From Eledone cirrhosa (Eukaryota), in contig OZ024743.1 in assembly GCA_964016885.1 (NCBI GenBank), forward strand, positions 120,590,001-120,654,000: a stretch of DNA of 64,000 nucleotides, read 5' to 3'. The notes beneath the pieces were generated by a model. It ran no database searches. It was not told the DNA's origin and was given only the letters and a program-made list of their open reading frames with translations. The position numbers and the translations under genes were made by a program. Below, piece after piece: positions 40,905 through 52,130 of the stretch. Each line of letters opens with the position of its first letter. Position 1 is the first letter of the stretch.

Positions 40905-40919
40905 GTTATTATTGTTATT
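40816..40919. repeat. (ATT)n shared by the 3' ends of Tx1 and Dong copy A
   Basis: Direct observation. Confidence 0.95.
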
Positions 40920-43900
40920 CCTTGAATCTCAGTCATTGATGTTGGTTAACTGGAAAGTCCGTTGGATTGAATATCAAGCCACTACCTGCAGCCTCAGATA
41001 TTCAGGACGTATCGGAGGGTTCTTGCCGTTCCAAGCAAGCATGCCTTTTGAAGCGTTCCAAAAAGCGTGAAGGGGCCGATTTTCTTTAACCATCCCTGGA
41101 AACCTTTGGAGATAGTCCCCAGTGCGCCTATGACAATCGGGATCACTTTGACTTCATGGCAGTTCCAAATCCTTTTCACCTCCCACTTTAGGTCCTGGTA
41201 TCGGTTAATTTTCTCCCTCTCCTTCTCTTGCACTCTCGTGTCGAACGGGCAGGCCACATCCACAATCAGGCACGATCTTTTTTCTTTGTCCACAACCACC
41301 AGGTCAGGTCTATTGTGTTCCAGTTTTTTGTCCGTCTGTATCCTAAAATCCCACAGCACCTTCACCTGACTGTTCTCCATCACCGCCTCTGGCCTATGCT
41401 CATACCATTTCTCAGAATGTGGTAGATTGTTTACTTTGCACAGGTGCCAGTGGATCACCCTGCCCATCACATCGTGTCTCCAGCCCTTATAGTGGGTCTG
41501 GGCTAGGTGTTTACACTCGGACACAATGTGAGCAACAGTCTCCTCTCTCTCTCCACAGATCCTGCACAGTGGGCTAGCCTCCTCCTTGTAGATATGGTGC
41601 TTCAACCACTTCGTTTTGAGGGCCTGCTCCTGCGCAGCCATTAGCATTCCTTCTGTAGCCTTTTTGAGGTCTCCTCTTCTCAACCAGTTCCATGTCTGTG
41701 GATCTCTAAATTCAGTTTTCTCAAAGAAGGTACTATGAAGGGATTTTCCCTTAAGGCTGCTCTTCCTCCTTGATGTTATTTCCTCCTTGGGTATCCCCTG
41801 GCCTACTGTCCCCTCCTTCAGTACAGCTCTGAGCATTGGCTCCTTACTATAGGTCACGTATTTGTATAGGTTGTTTTTCTCCATCTGAACACAGTCCTCT
41901 ATGCTGATAAGACCTCTTCCACCCTCAGATCTCCTTAGGTAGAGTCTATCGACATCACTCCTCTTGTGGAACATGTTGTAGATAGTCAATAGCTTCCTAG
42001 TCTTCCTATCCATTTCTTTTTGTTCAGCAACATTCCATCTCAGAATTCCCGCACTGTACCTAATAATAGACACAGCTCGGGAATTTACTGCGCTTATGGA
42101 ATTTCTGCTGTTCAGATGTGACTTCAATACGCTCCTTACTCTCCGAATGTATTCAGTTCTTAACAATTCCTTCATTTTTTTGTTCTTTATGCCATCAGCC
42201 TCCAGAACGCCCAAATACTTGTATCCTTCCTCAGAGTCAATTTCCTTTATCATCTCACCTGTTGGTATCTGGATCCCGTTACTTCTGCTCAACCTACCCC
42301 TCCTCATCACAATGACTCCACATTTACCAATACCAAACTGCATACATATATCACTGCTGAAAATACGGACAGTGTCAACAAGCACATCCAACTCCTTCTC
42401 ACTTTTCCCGAAGAGCTTAAGATCGTCCATGAAGAGGAGGTGATTGATGGTAAGCTCTCCCTTTCCCAACTTGTATCCTGCTCTCACTTTTCGCAGCATA
42501 ATGGTCAAGGGCATCAGAGCAAGGACAAACAACAGAGGGGACAGGCTATCTCCCTGGAAGATACCTCTCTTGATCTTCACGCTTCCCAAGGATACTCCAG
42601 TTGATGTCAACTCTGTCTCCCAGGACCCCATACTCCTGCCCAGCAACTGTCTGATGTTATCTGCCACCCTGAAGATCTCCAGGCTTTTGGTGATCCAGGA
42701 ATGAGGCACCATGTCAAATGCCTTTCTGTAGTCTATCCATCCCATGGCAAGATCAGTGTGTCTCCTCCTGCAATTCCCCATTACCATCTTATCAATAAGC
42801 AACTGGTCCTTTGTACCACGTGACTTCTTTCGGCATCCTTTCTGTTCGTCCGGCAACAAGTTGTTTGTGTGGAGGTGATGGTAGATTTCCTCAGACACAA
42901 TGCTCGTCAACAGTTTCCACATTACGGGCAGACATGTGATAGGTCTATAGTTGGTAACATCATTACCCTTGATTCGGTCTTTCATTATCAGAACTGTGGT
43001 ACCTTTTGTCAACCACTCTGGCACCTCACCCGACACCAAGCAGTCATTGAACATGGCCGTCAGCTTCGGGTGGAGGGATGTTAAATGTTTAATCCAATAC
43101 CCCTGCACACCATCTGGGCCTGGTGATTTCCAGTTGGTTAGTTTTTTGGCTTGCCCCTTAAGAGTTTCAACTGTGATACTCAAATCAGTCTGTTGCTGTG
43201 CCTGCTCACCGATCTCCCTCTGTACTGTCTCAATCCACCCTGCCTGGGCATTGTGTCTAACATCCTGCTCCCATATTCCTCTCCAGAATGTTTTAGCTTG
43301 TTCCGCCCCAGGGATCAAGTCGTTGCCTCTTTCTTTCCCCTCAAGCTGTCCAAACAGCATCTTCTGGTTGTTGTCGAACATGCGGTTCTGTTTATACTGA
43401 CTGACTCTGTTCTCGTATCGCCTGATTTTGGCACTCTTTGCTACAATGCGTTGCTTCAATTCCTCTATGATAATATTTAGCTTTTTACTCCTAGTTTTGT
43501 ATTTTATTTCCAGTCTATTTTTAGTGCCTATGTTTTTTAGTGTCCCATTCAGTAGTGACTCAAGCTTTCCTATGTCATTTCTCATTTCCCCGATTTGCCC
43601 ACTCAGTCGCTTCTTCCACCACGGCTCTGCTCTTTCTTGTCTGTTGTTTCCTCTCGCTTTTATACCAAGTAGTTTCCTCACCGTATTTGCTGTTGCTTTG
43701 AGGATATTGTTGCACTGGTGAAGACTCCTCGCCTCAAGGTATGGGATGACTTTGTTTACCTTAGCTGTTGTTTCTTTTAACTTTTTCCTGTCTACAAATC
43801 TCAGGTTCATAGGTCTCCCACTATCATTGTTCAACTCATCTACCACTAAATTTAGGATGTCAACCGAATCTTGTCCTAGCCCGTCAGCATTCATCTCCTC

Positions 43901-44484
43901 AGTGGCCGTATCTCTGTTCCAGGTATTATTTATCTCAGTATTCAGATCATTGTCTGCTTCGGGTGGTTCCTCCGTTCTCAGGACCTCCTCACCTTCATTT
44001 CCCGCCGGCTCGCTTGTCTGGCATACTACACCCGCCATCTCCAAGCCATTCTCTCTGCTCAGTTCCTCCAGTTCCAGCTCGCTTATCCACCCATTAGTTC
44101 TTATTACCCGAGCCTGCCCGGCCAATTTTTGTTCATCTAATTTAAATAAACCAATCTCGTTCCAGATGTTATGCATCCGTCTCCTGTAGCCCCTCTCCTT
44201 GGGGTTACTTTTCAGGTAGCATTGCATAACAGTTCTATTCAATTCTTTCGTCCAGTTGGTTCTGGCCCCTTTCCTTCTTCTTCTTCCTCCAACATCAGCA
44301 GTATTTGGTTGACAGTCAGGTTCCTGCTGCTGAGCCAGGGGGCACCTGTTGGGTGAGAGTCTGTCACATGACGTTCTAGTCTCCATTTCACCGTTATTCG
44401 AACTGTTTATGTTCGATATTTAAACACTCTTATCGAGGATTGGCGAATGTATGTTTACATAGCCATCTGTGGATCCGCCATCCC

Positions 44485-44485
<1 letters not shown>
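40920..44485 (-). mobile_element. R4/Dong-like RLE non-LTR retrotransposon, intact copy A
   Basis: Single long ORF with ~100-nt 5' UTR and short 3' UTR; bounded by (TAA)n on the element strand at both ends (44486-44553 and 40816-40919), the known Dong target type. Confidence 0.9.
40994..44386 (-). CDS. RT, CCHC zinc knuckle and PD-(D/E)xK restriction-like endonuclease (1130 aa)
   Basis: [44 protein letters not shown]; CRICGEREETVAHIVSEC; RHD...RPDLV...IVDVA...EKINRY. Confidence 0.95.
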   Translation of the reverse strand: METRTSCDRLSPNRCPLAQQQEPDCQPNTADVGGRRRRKGARTNWTKELNRTVMQCYLKSNPKERGYRRRMHNIWNEIGLFKLDEQKLAGQARVIRTNGWISELELEELSRENGLEMAGVVCQTSEPAGNEGEEVLRTEEPPEADNDLNTEINNTWNRDTATEEMNADGLGQDSVDILNLVVDELNNDSGRPMNLRFVDRKKLKETTAKVNKVIPYLEARSLHQCNNILKATANTVRKLLGIKARGNNRQERAEPWWKKRLSGQIGEMRNDIGKLESLLNGTLKNIGTKNRLEIKYKTRSKKLNIIIEELKQRIVAKSAKIRRYENRVSQYKQNRMFDNNQKMLFGQLEGKERGNDLIPGAEQAKTFWRGIWEQDVRHNAQAGWIETVQREIGEQAQQQTDLSITVETLKGQAKKLTNWKSPGPDGVQGYWIKHLTSLHPKLTAMFNDCLVSGEVPEWLTKGTTVLIMKDRIKGNDVTNYRPITCLPVMWKLLTSIVSEEIYHHLHTNNLLPDEQKGCRKKSRGTKDQLLIDKMVMGNCRRRHTDLAMGWIDYRKAFDMVPHSWITKSLEIFRVADNIRQLLGRSMGSWETELTSTGVSLGSVKIKRGIFQGDSLSPLLFVLALMPLTIMLRKVRAGYKLGKGELTINHLLFMDDLKLFGKSEKELDVLVDTVRIFSSDICMQFGIGKCGVIVMRRGRLSRSNGIQIPTGEMIKEIDSEEGYKYLGVLEADGIKNKKMKELLRTEYIRRVRSVLKSHLNSRNSISAVNSRAVSIIRYSAGILRWNVAEQKEMDRKTRKLLTIYNMFHKRSDVDRLYLRRSEGGRGLISIEDCVQMEKNNLYKYVTYSKEPMLRAVLKEGTVGQGIPKEEITSRRKSSLKGKSLHSTFFEKTEFRDPQTWNWLRRGDLKKATEGMLMAAQEQALKTKWLKHHIYKEEASPLCRICGEREETVAHIVSECKHLAQTHYKGWRHDVMGRVIHWHLCKVNNLPHSEKWYEHRPEAVMENSQVKVLWDFRIQTDKKLEHNRPDLVVVDKEKRSCLIVDVACPFDTRVQEKEREKINRYQDLKWEVKRIWNCHEVKVIPIVIGALGTISKGFQGWLKKIGPFTLFGTLQKACLLGTARTLRYVLNI

Positions 44486-44555
<70 letters not shown>

Positions 44556-44759
44556 CTTCTTTCACGGTTTTATACAACCACCTACCTGTAAATAATACCT
44601 GCTACATAAACAATATATTTCTTCGTTGGTCTGTATTGTTTACTTTGTTGCTTCCATTTACGTATCGTATATATATACATATATACTTGAAGTGTAAAAG
44701 TATAAAATATAACTTTAAGTATAGAATGCCCGATTTTAAGGTATGCCACATTAGTTTAT

Positions 44760-46080
44760 AGCTACTCTGTAATTTATATTTAGATTGAGAAGCCTCTTCG
44801 TAGTATATATGCAGTTTTTCTCAATACTATTTCCCGAATTCCTTGAAGAGATGATTTACTTGAGACATTACCAATTGTTTCTCACATCCTTGTGTTGAGG
44901 TAGCTAAGGCTTCTATGATAAATGGGTTCGTTTTAAGAAGCCACATATTTTCAATCTTTATCTATAGATCTTTGTATATTCTTAGGTTTTCATATTCTTT
45001 TAATGTTATATTTGTTATCTTAGGAAATACCCATATCAATCATTTTGCGGTTTTATCTTCCCTGCCCTTGATGATGATATTTGATCTATTTTCTTGAATT
45101 ATCGGATCTGTACCAACTGGGAAAATCCAAAGTAGTTTTACACAATCTCCATCAATTACTGACTGAAGGTTTTGTTCACACCAGTTAATAGCGGTTCCTA
45201 TACGCATTTGGTGTTAGTACCGAACAGACTGAAATAAAGTGGTCTCGGCATACTCTTTCATGTTGGTCACAAAACCAATGTAGGTTTTAAGATTTAACAT
45301 ATTAGTTTCCGGTAAGCCAGTCCTTATCCTGTGCTGCCAATATAGATGTTTCTGTCGCTAACTTCAGTTGTGAACTCAACCACTGATGGGTCATTTTCTT
45401 TTCTACGTCTTCACATTTGCTTCGGTGAATAAACTCTCCACACAGAAGCCTTTGTGACCATTGGTCATCAAATTGATCTTGGCCTTTCACTTTTGTAATC
45501 TGTCTGAAGTTTTCAGATTGCACGTCAACATTTTCTTCGCTGTCCGCTTATTTCTACTCTTCAACTATAACCTTTTTCATTCTGCTTCTTCCTAACTTTT
45601 TTAGTATTGTCCCTCTTATATGTATCTGTTTCAAATATTTTGTTTTGCCTATAAAAATCTGTTTCTTTTTTCATACCTTCTTGCACGTTTGTCTTTGGTT
45701 TGTATTTTCTGTTTAAACTGTCCTTTGATTGATGTTATATCTATCTTCTTTAGTCCGTATTATTTTCTTTACTTCCTTTCCCTTTCTTGTTTTCACATCC
45801 TTGTCCTTGCTAGATCGATATTTCTCGTTTTATGAGATCAGTATTCTTTTCCCACCTTTACTTGTGCTGCTCAGATCTGTTTCTTTTTTTATTTATGGAG
45901 TACTGCAATTCAAGTACTTTGGCCGAGGCATAGATCGGTTGATTGGGTTCAGACAGATTGAATTTAATCATGTTAAGATTTTTTATTGCAACATTTCGTA
46001 TCCTCATCAATTTCTCGTTTGTTTTTCTTTCTGCCATGTTTGTGTTGCTTACTTTGGCTAGTTTTGTTACATTTTCTTCC
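44760..46080 (-). pseudogene. Highly degenerate R4-like RLE element with internal deletion
   Basis: NQPIYASA, RARRYEKRNRF, WLSSQLKLATETSILAAQD, LLWIFPVGTDPIIQENRSNII, KEYENLRIYKDL. Confidence 0.7.
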
Positions 46081-46159
46081 AAAATGCTTTTGGTGATTTC
46101 TCTAATAATGATAATGATGATGACGATGATGATGATGATAATTTGGAAAATATAATCAA

Positions 46160-46700
46160 CTTAGTAAATGGATGCTCAAAAGGAATAGAAGCGCCGCCAT
46201 GATAAAGTCTGTCTATACTTTCATTGGTTTTGTGTCGTAGATACAAATACGATGCAATAGAGAATCGGTAGTGTATGTGCTTTGTAAAGTAATGTAAGAG
46301 GATGGGAAAGCAATGATATTATGGGATTATGATTTCAGACTGATAGAGTAATTGAGTATTGCCGATCGAATATCGTCGTATTGAATAGCAAAGACAAATA
46401 CTGTCAGATCTTAGACGCAACCATACCAAATAACATGAATATTGCGAGTAAAGAGGTTGAAACAATTCCAAATACTCTGAATTGAAACTGGAGCTGTCAA
46501 GACAAGTTGGAATAAGAGAGTGTAATGTAAAAGAGATGCCAGTTGTGATCGGGTCATTAGGGTCAATCTCATTTAAACTCTAAGACTACTTAAAGTGGTT
46601 GGAAATATACAGATTAGGTGTCATACACCATGGGGCTTTGCTAGGTACTGTGCACATTTAGAGGAAATTATTATCTGCCTGAAGTCCTTGTGACTCAACA
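46160..46700 (+). pseudogene. Degenerate 3' end of an R4-like RLE element
   Basis: MPVVIGSLGSIS...ALLGTVHI resembles the C terminus of copy A (IPIVIGALGTIS...CLLGTART). Confidence 0.7.
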
Positions 46701-47793
46701 TATGACTAAATACTCCGGCGTATTTATGTTACTAAGATATAACAGATATCTGACACTCACCAGTAGAATGTCTGTGGCAGTTGGATAAATTGCAATGTTG
46801 ATCACAATTAATCTAATATTTGTGATGGTTTGAGTGTTCATTTGAGACTGATTCTGTATCTAATACAACCAGGTCAGCTGTTGCACAATCATCTGCGTCA
46901 TGCGTAAAAAACATGTGTTGTTTAGCTGTTGAAATCTGCACAGCATCGGTATATTGTCTGTTATTAGTGCAAGCGATCTGACTGCATATGTCCTTTTGAT
47001 GCAGTGAAATTTGTATACTGTTTAGGTGTTCTTGGTACCTTTGCGAAGAAACTTTACTCACTATGATACAGCTCTGACAGTGCTTGGGATGAGAGAATCG
47101 GTAACCTACACCCTTCTCTATATGCCGGTCGCTGGTTTTTAGGTAGTAACTGCAAGTAATTTTGACTTAGTCAATTTGGTTTGTGGTATCTTTATTTTTA
47201 GTGGTCTTGCTTTTCATAGTTGATATTTCTCGTTTCTGACCAATGTCTGATTGTGTTTTTGTTTATGCTTTTCCCAGATGGTTTTCCTTTTTGTTCTTGA
47301 AGATAGTTTCAGCTTTAACTTGTTTAGTCAAATCACCTTCACAATTATCTTCATTTCTTGAGTCAAGGTTGGTCGTGTTAGTTATATCTTACCTTTCATG
47401 TCAGCTTTCACACGACAACGAATATCTGTGGAACATATACTTCAATTATAGATTTCTGTGTCAGCGATTTTAAGCATTGCATCTAATAAGTTTTTATATG
47501 GTTTGATGGTGGTGTAAAACGAATAAATGTCTTCCATTTTCCATTTTATTTGAGCTACCAATCTGTGAAATCTATAGATCTTCGAGGTCTACACAATATG
47601 ATTGTTGGATGAGGAACGTTCGGCCGTAGTCTATACTTAATCTTATTTTATCCATTTGCCAATTTTGTTTCATCTTGTAAGCGTTGTCTTTTATTATCTC
47701 TTCTCGTATAAAGTTCTGTAGTTTCTGTTCATCTGTATATTTAATTTGCGAAGAAAAACGTGAAAGAGAGAGCGAGAGAGAGAGAGAGAGACT

Positions 47794-47849
<56 letters not shown>

Positions 47850-47936
47850 TGAAAGAGAGAGAAAAAGAGTAAAAAAAAAGAGAGTGAGAGAGAGAGCGAA
47901 AGAGGAAAGTAAAAACAAACAGGCAATATATGTATT

Positions 47937-48029
<93 letters not shown>

Positions 48030-48318
48030 TAGCATTAAAGCCCGGCGTTGCTCGGGGTCATTAAGTTACCAAAGTTAGGTTGCACCACCCATTTTATGGC
48101 AGCACTTTTTTGTCTGCCAGGCACTGGGTGAATGAATTGCAGACCTGGAAGCAGGAGCTGCGCCAGCAGTGACAATTGTAGTTTCGCCTATGGATATTAT
48201 CTCTGTGCAAAAAAGTGTTGAAATTTATTGTTTCACAGTACTTGCGCAACACGCGCGTAGACGATGCCAGCCGAACAACAGAGCTGCGATGGAGTTGTTC
48301 TGCATGGTTGTCTGTGTG

Positions 48319-48866
48319 TTTTCTAAATTTAAGACAGTAGGGAGGGTTGTGATATGAGGGAGAGTTAGCTGTTGTTTCTAGCAGGTTTAGTGACCTCATA
48401 GAGGATATGTGTTTTCTAAATTTAAGACAGTAGGGAGTGGTGTGATATGGGGGAGAGTTAGCTGCTGTTTCTAGCAGGTTTAGTGACCTCATAGAAGATA
48501 TGTTTTCTAAATTTAAGACAGTAGGGAGGGGTGTAGTATGGGGGAGAGTTAGCTGCTGTTTCTAGCAGGTTTAGTGACCTCATAAAGGATATGTGTTTTC
48601 TAAATTTAAGACAGTAGGGAGTGGTGTGATATGGGGGAGAGTTAGCTGCTGCTTCTTGCAGGTCTAGTGACCTCATAGAAGATATGTCTTCTAAATTTAA
48701 GACAGTAGGGAGGGGTGTAGTATGGGGGAGAGTTAGCTGCTGTTTCTTGCAGGTTTAGTGACCTCATAGAAGATATGTTTTCTAAATTTAAGACAGTAGG
48801 GAGGGGTGTAGTATGGGGGAGAGTTAGCTGCTGTTTCTAGCAGGTTTAGTGACCTCATAGAGGATA
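48319..48866. repeat. Tandem array, 6 units of ~91-93 bp
   Basis: Unit TTTTCTAAATTTAAGACAGTAGGGAG...GACCTCATAGA(A/G)GATATG repeated. Confidence 0.95.
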
Positions 48867-48868
48867 TT

Positions 48869-49053
48869 GTGGATTGGCAGTATCGGTAGAGGGTCGGACG
48901 CCATGCTTTCCAGCATAGTTACGTCTCTTTACGATCTGAGTTCAAATCCCGCCGAGGTTGACTTTGCCTTTCATCCTTACGGGGTCGATAAAATAAAGTA
49001 CCAGTAATGTACTGGATAATTGCTGGCCCTGTGCCAAAAGTAGAAACAATTAT
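48869..49053 (+). mobile_element. tRNA-derived SINE (major family of this window)
   Basis: A-box-like TGGCAGTATCGG, B box GAGTTCAAATCC, body GAGGTTGACTTTGCCTTTCATCCTTACGGGGTCGATAAAA, ATT tail. Confidence 0.85.
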
Positions 49054-49741
49054 CTATAAAAGGCAGATTGTTGTTGTTGTTGTTGTTGAAGTGAGTGTGT
49101 GTTTGTATGCGTTTGGAAAAGAGGTTTTAAAAAAGATTTATCGCTTGTTGTTGAATAAATATATCTGTTGCCTTTGAATAATTGTCGTTTCGTATGAAAT
49201 GTAATAATTGTTTCTACTGTTTTGGCACAAGGCCAGCAATTATCCAGTACATTACTGGTACTTTATGTAATAATAAACGTTCTCTATCTCTCTCCCTCTC
49301 ACTCTCTTCTCTCTCTCTCTTCGGCAATCACGCACGTTGTCAGATGATATGAGAGAGTAAAACGGACAGTATCACCATCAAGCTTGGAAAGAGAAAGTAG
49401 CAGAAAATATGAAGTTGTATAGATTTTGAATGGTAGTGGAAAGATTTTAGCAGTTTCAATGACAGAGGAAAATCGTAAAATATTGTGTTTTATCTATTTT
49501 TTGCGTAATTGTGGGTGAAATTGAAAAAATTAGATATGCCAAGACGCAATCGAAGCTATTTCGAATACTGAATTGTAAATTTCAATTGAAGAAATTCTAT
49601 ATCGTAGATTTCTATAAGAAACGGCTTGGGCTCTGCCGTCGAGGTTAAACATTTCCCTATTACCCACTCTACTACACTAAGTATTGAGTACTCTGGTGCG
49701 TAATGGTCCATCTGGTTCCTTCCATACCACACCCTCTTCGT

Positions 49742-49814
<73 letters not shown>

Positions 49815-49816
<2 letters not shown>

Positions 49817-51028
49817 TAAAGAGTTAAACAAGATTCAATGAGTATATCAAAGAATGAGTTTTACAGTAGATTGGAAGCACTCAACGAAAAAATAATTTTC
49901 CAGAGTTATTAATATTAAAATACAAATATTAATAAAATAGATGTTCTTTTGATCAATTACATTTTATTATACATATTTAGGATTTACAACAGTACGTCCT
50001 CATAAGACAAAATATAATGATACATAACATACCCTGAGATGTTAAATGGTTAAGATTTAATCAAGGTAGTGATTAACCTAAGAGAAAATTTAACATTTAT
50101 AGCCTAATAATGAGAAAATGCGAAAACGTAATCAATCAATAGAGAATGTGTGAGTAAGAAAAACGTTAGTTAATGTGACAGCTATAGAGATTTTAAAATA
50201 TATGATACTACAAGATAAGTTTATCTAGGAAAACATCTCATGAATTGTAACAGTCAGTGAGAGTCACTGAAATAGGATTTATAGAGAGGGGAATATAAGG
50301 GGGGTAATATATGCAGAAGGAGATTTTTCCGAAAGTTAAACGGTTAATTTTGAAAATATTTAATTTATGCTATTTTAGGGTGAAGAATCAAGATTTTAGG
50401 TTTTTTTAAAAATTGCTGGTTATTTATATTTATTAGTTTTGTAAATTCTATAAGTGTGTTAACATTTCTAAACTTCTGAATTTTATGAGGATAACATTTA
50501 AAGTATTTAGCTGGCCAGCGAAAAGGAAAATTTACACAGTTGAATATTTTCCTAAATGTAAACTTTAACGAAGGTAATCAATGTCAACATATTTGGCATG
50601 TAAAGCTTATGAAGTACTTATTGTTAGAAATATTTAAATAGCGATTATGTATATAGATATATATTAATGAGCCAGTATATATTAGGTAAATGATAACGAA
50701 AATAAAAATAAAAATAAAATAATTGATTGAGGCATGCTAAAGTTAAATATATACCTATATATAACAGGGTGTAAATGCATGAACAAACTCCTGCATATAT
50801 TACCCCCCTTATCTTTCCCTCTCTATAAATCCTATTTCAGTGACTCTCATTGACTGTTACAATTCATGAGATGTTTTCCTAGATAAACTTAACTTGTAGT
50901 ATCATACATTTTAAAATCTCTATAGCTGTCACATTAACTAACGTTTTTCTTACTCACACATTCTCTATTGATTGATTACGTTTTCGCATTTTCTCATTAT
51001 TAGGGTATAAATGTTAAATTTTCTCTTA
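49815..51028 (-). mobile_element. Family P5 long copy with ~238-bp inverted duplication
   Basis: Arms 50079-50316 and 50791-51028; decayed hammerhead (CTTATGA...TAAA) at ~49960-50018 minus; similar to 10090-10290 and 26030-26360. Confidence 0.6.
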
Positions 51029-51036
51029 TAGTTGTA

Positions 51037-51074
<38 letters not shown>

Positions 51075-52094
51075 GCGCACACACATATACACATACATTG
51101 GAGGATAGAAATGAGCTAGTATACACACACATATTCAGTGCTTGTTTAGTTTCGGGTGTTATAGGGTAGACATATCAGCAAAGGCTTTGAAACCATCATC
51201 ACCAGTGAGAGGATGAAGGCTTACACCTATATATATAATCTCTTCTTGGGGCCTCGGAGACTGGAGAGAGGAAGTTATCTAGTGCTAACGATCCTAGAGA
51301 TCCTAGAATTTAGCATACAATACATAATGCCTCCATGGTTAAATCACAAAACCTTTTTCTGTTGATCCGAATGAAGTACAAATGCCACTAACTCTCCTGG
51401 TCATCAGGGGTATTTACTTCCGCTGATGTAAAGGGAGAGAAGGGGAGAGCTAGAGAAGAGAGAAAGAGAGAGTGTGTGTGTGTATGTAAGACTGAGAAAA
51501 AAGAGAGGAAGAGAGAATGGCCTCGGTTGAAGATAGTTTGCAATTATGAACACATTCGTGGATCAATCAATTAAAGTACTTTACTAGTATGTTCTTTAAC
51601 TAACAATACTTTCACTTCTCAGTTGACCAAATGAATAAAAGTTGTTGATAAGCTTTTGATGATAGGCGAAATATTTCAGTTACTATTTCACTGCATTCAG
51701 CACAATGAAACATGTTATAATGCATCTTTATTAAAAATATGTATATATATATATAACGAAGGAAATGTAGTAAGGAACCAGATGGACCATAACGCACCAA
51801 AGTACTCAATACTTAGGGTAGTAGTGTTTCGACGGCTAATTCTGGACTAAATAAGAATTATTAGCCTGGTAAATAAATAGACGAACTTCTCAGGGGGTAA
51901 TTCCATATATGGTAAAATAGTGATTGTCACAAGGATTGGTCAAAAGTTTGTTGTTAAGACATAGGATTCTATCATGGCATTTTGTGGAAGGTAGGGGTAG
52001 CTGAACTTACCGGTAGAAGAAAGAAGGAGAGGGAGTGGAGGAAACCCAGTCAAGCGTTGAAAGTGAAATCTATACAGCAGATTCTAAGGATAAG

Positions 52095-52122
<28 letters not shown>

Positions 52123-52130
<8 letters not shown>

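Larger units (their letters stand above)
48029..49617 (-). mobile_element. Probable non-autonomous Helitron
   Basis: Minus-strand 3' end: GC hairpin CCCGAGCAACGCCGGG (48041-48056), 8 nt, then CTAG followed by T inside (TA)n. The 5' boundary is uncertain. Confidence 0.55.

Noticed and set aside
35112-44356. Antisense and alternate-frame ORFs within Tx1 and Dong
   Set aside because: Shadows of GC-richer coding sequence with no recognisable motifs.
48319-48866. Regular repeat that could be taken for a CRISPR array or repeat protein
   Set aside because: The whole unit repeats, there are no unique spacers or cas genes, and the context is eukaryotic.
48869-48955. A and B boxes suggesting tRNA genes (also 8125-8200 and others)
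   Set aside because: No cloverleaf; they continue into shared SINE bodies.
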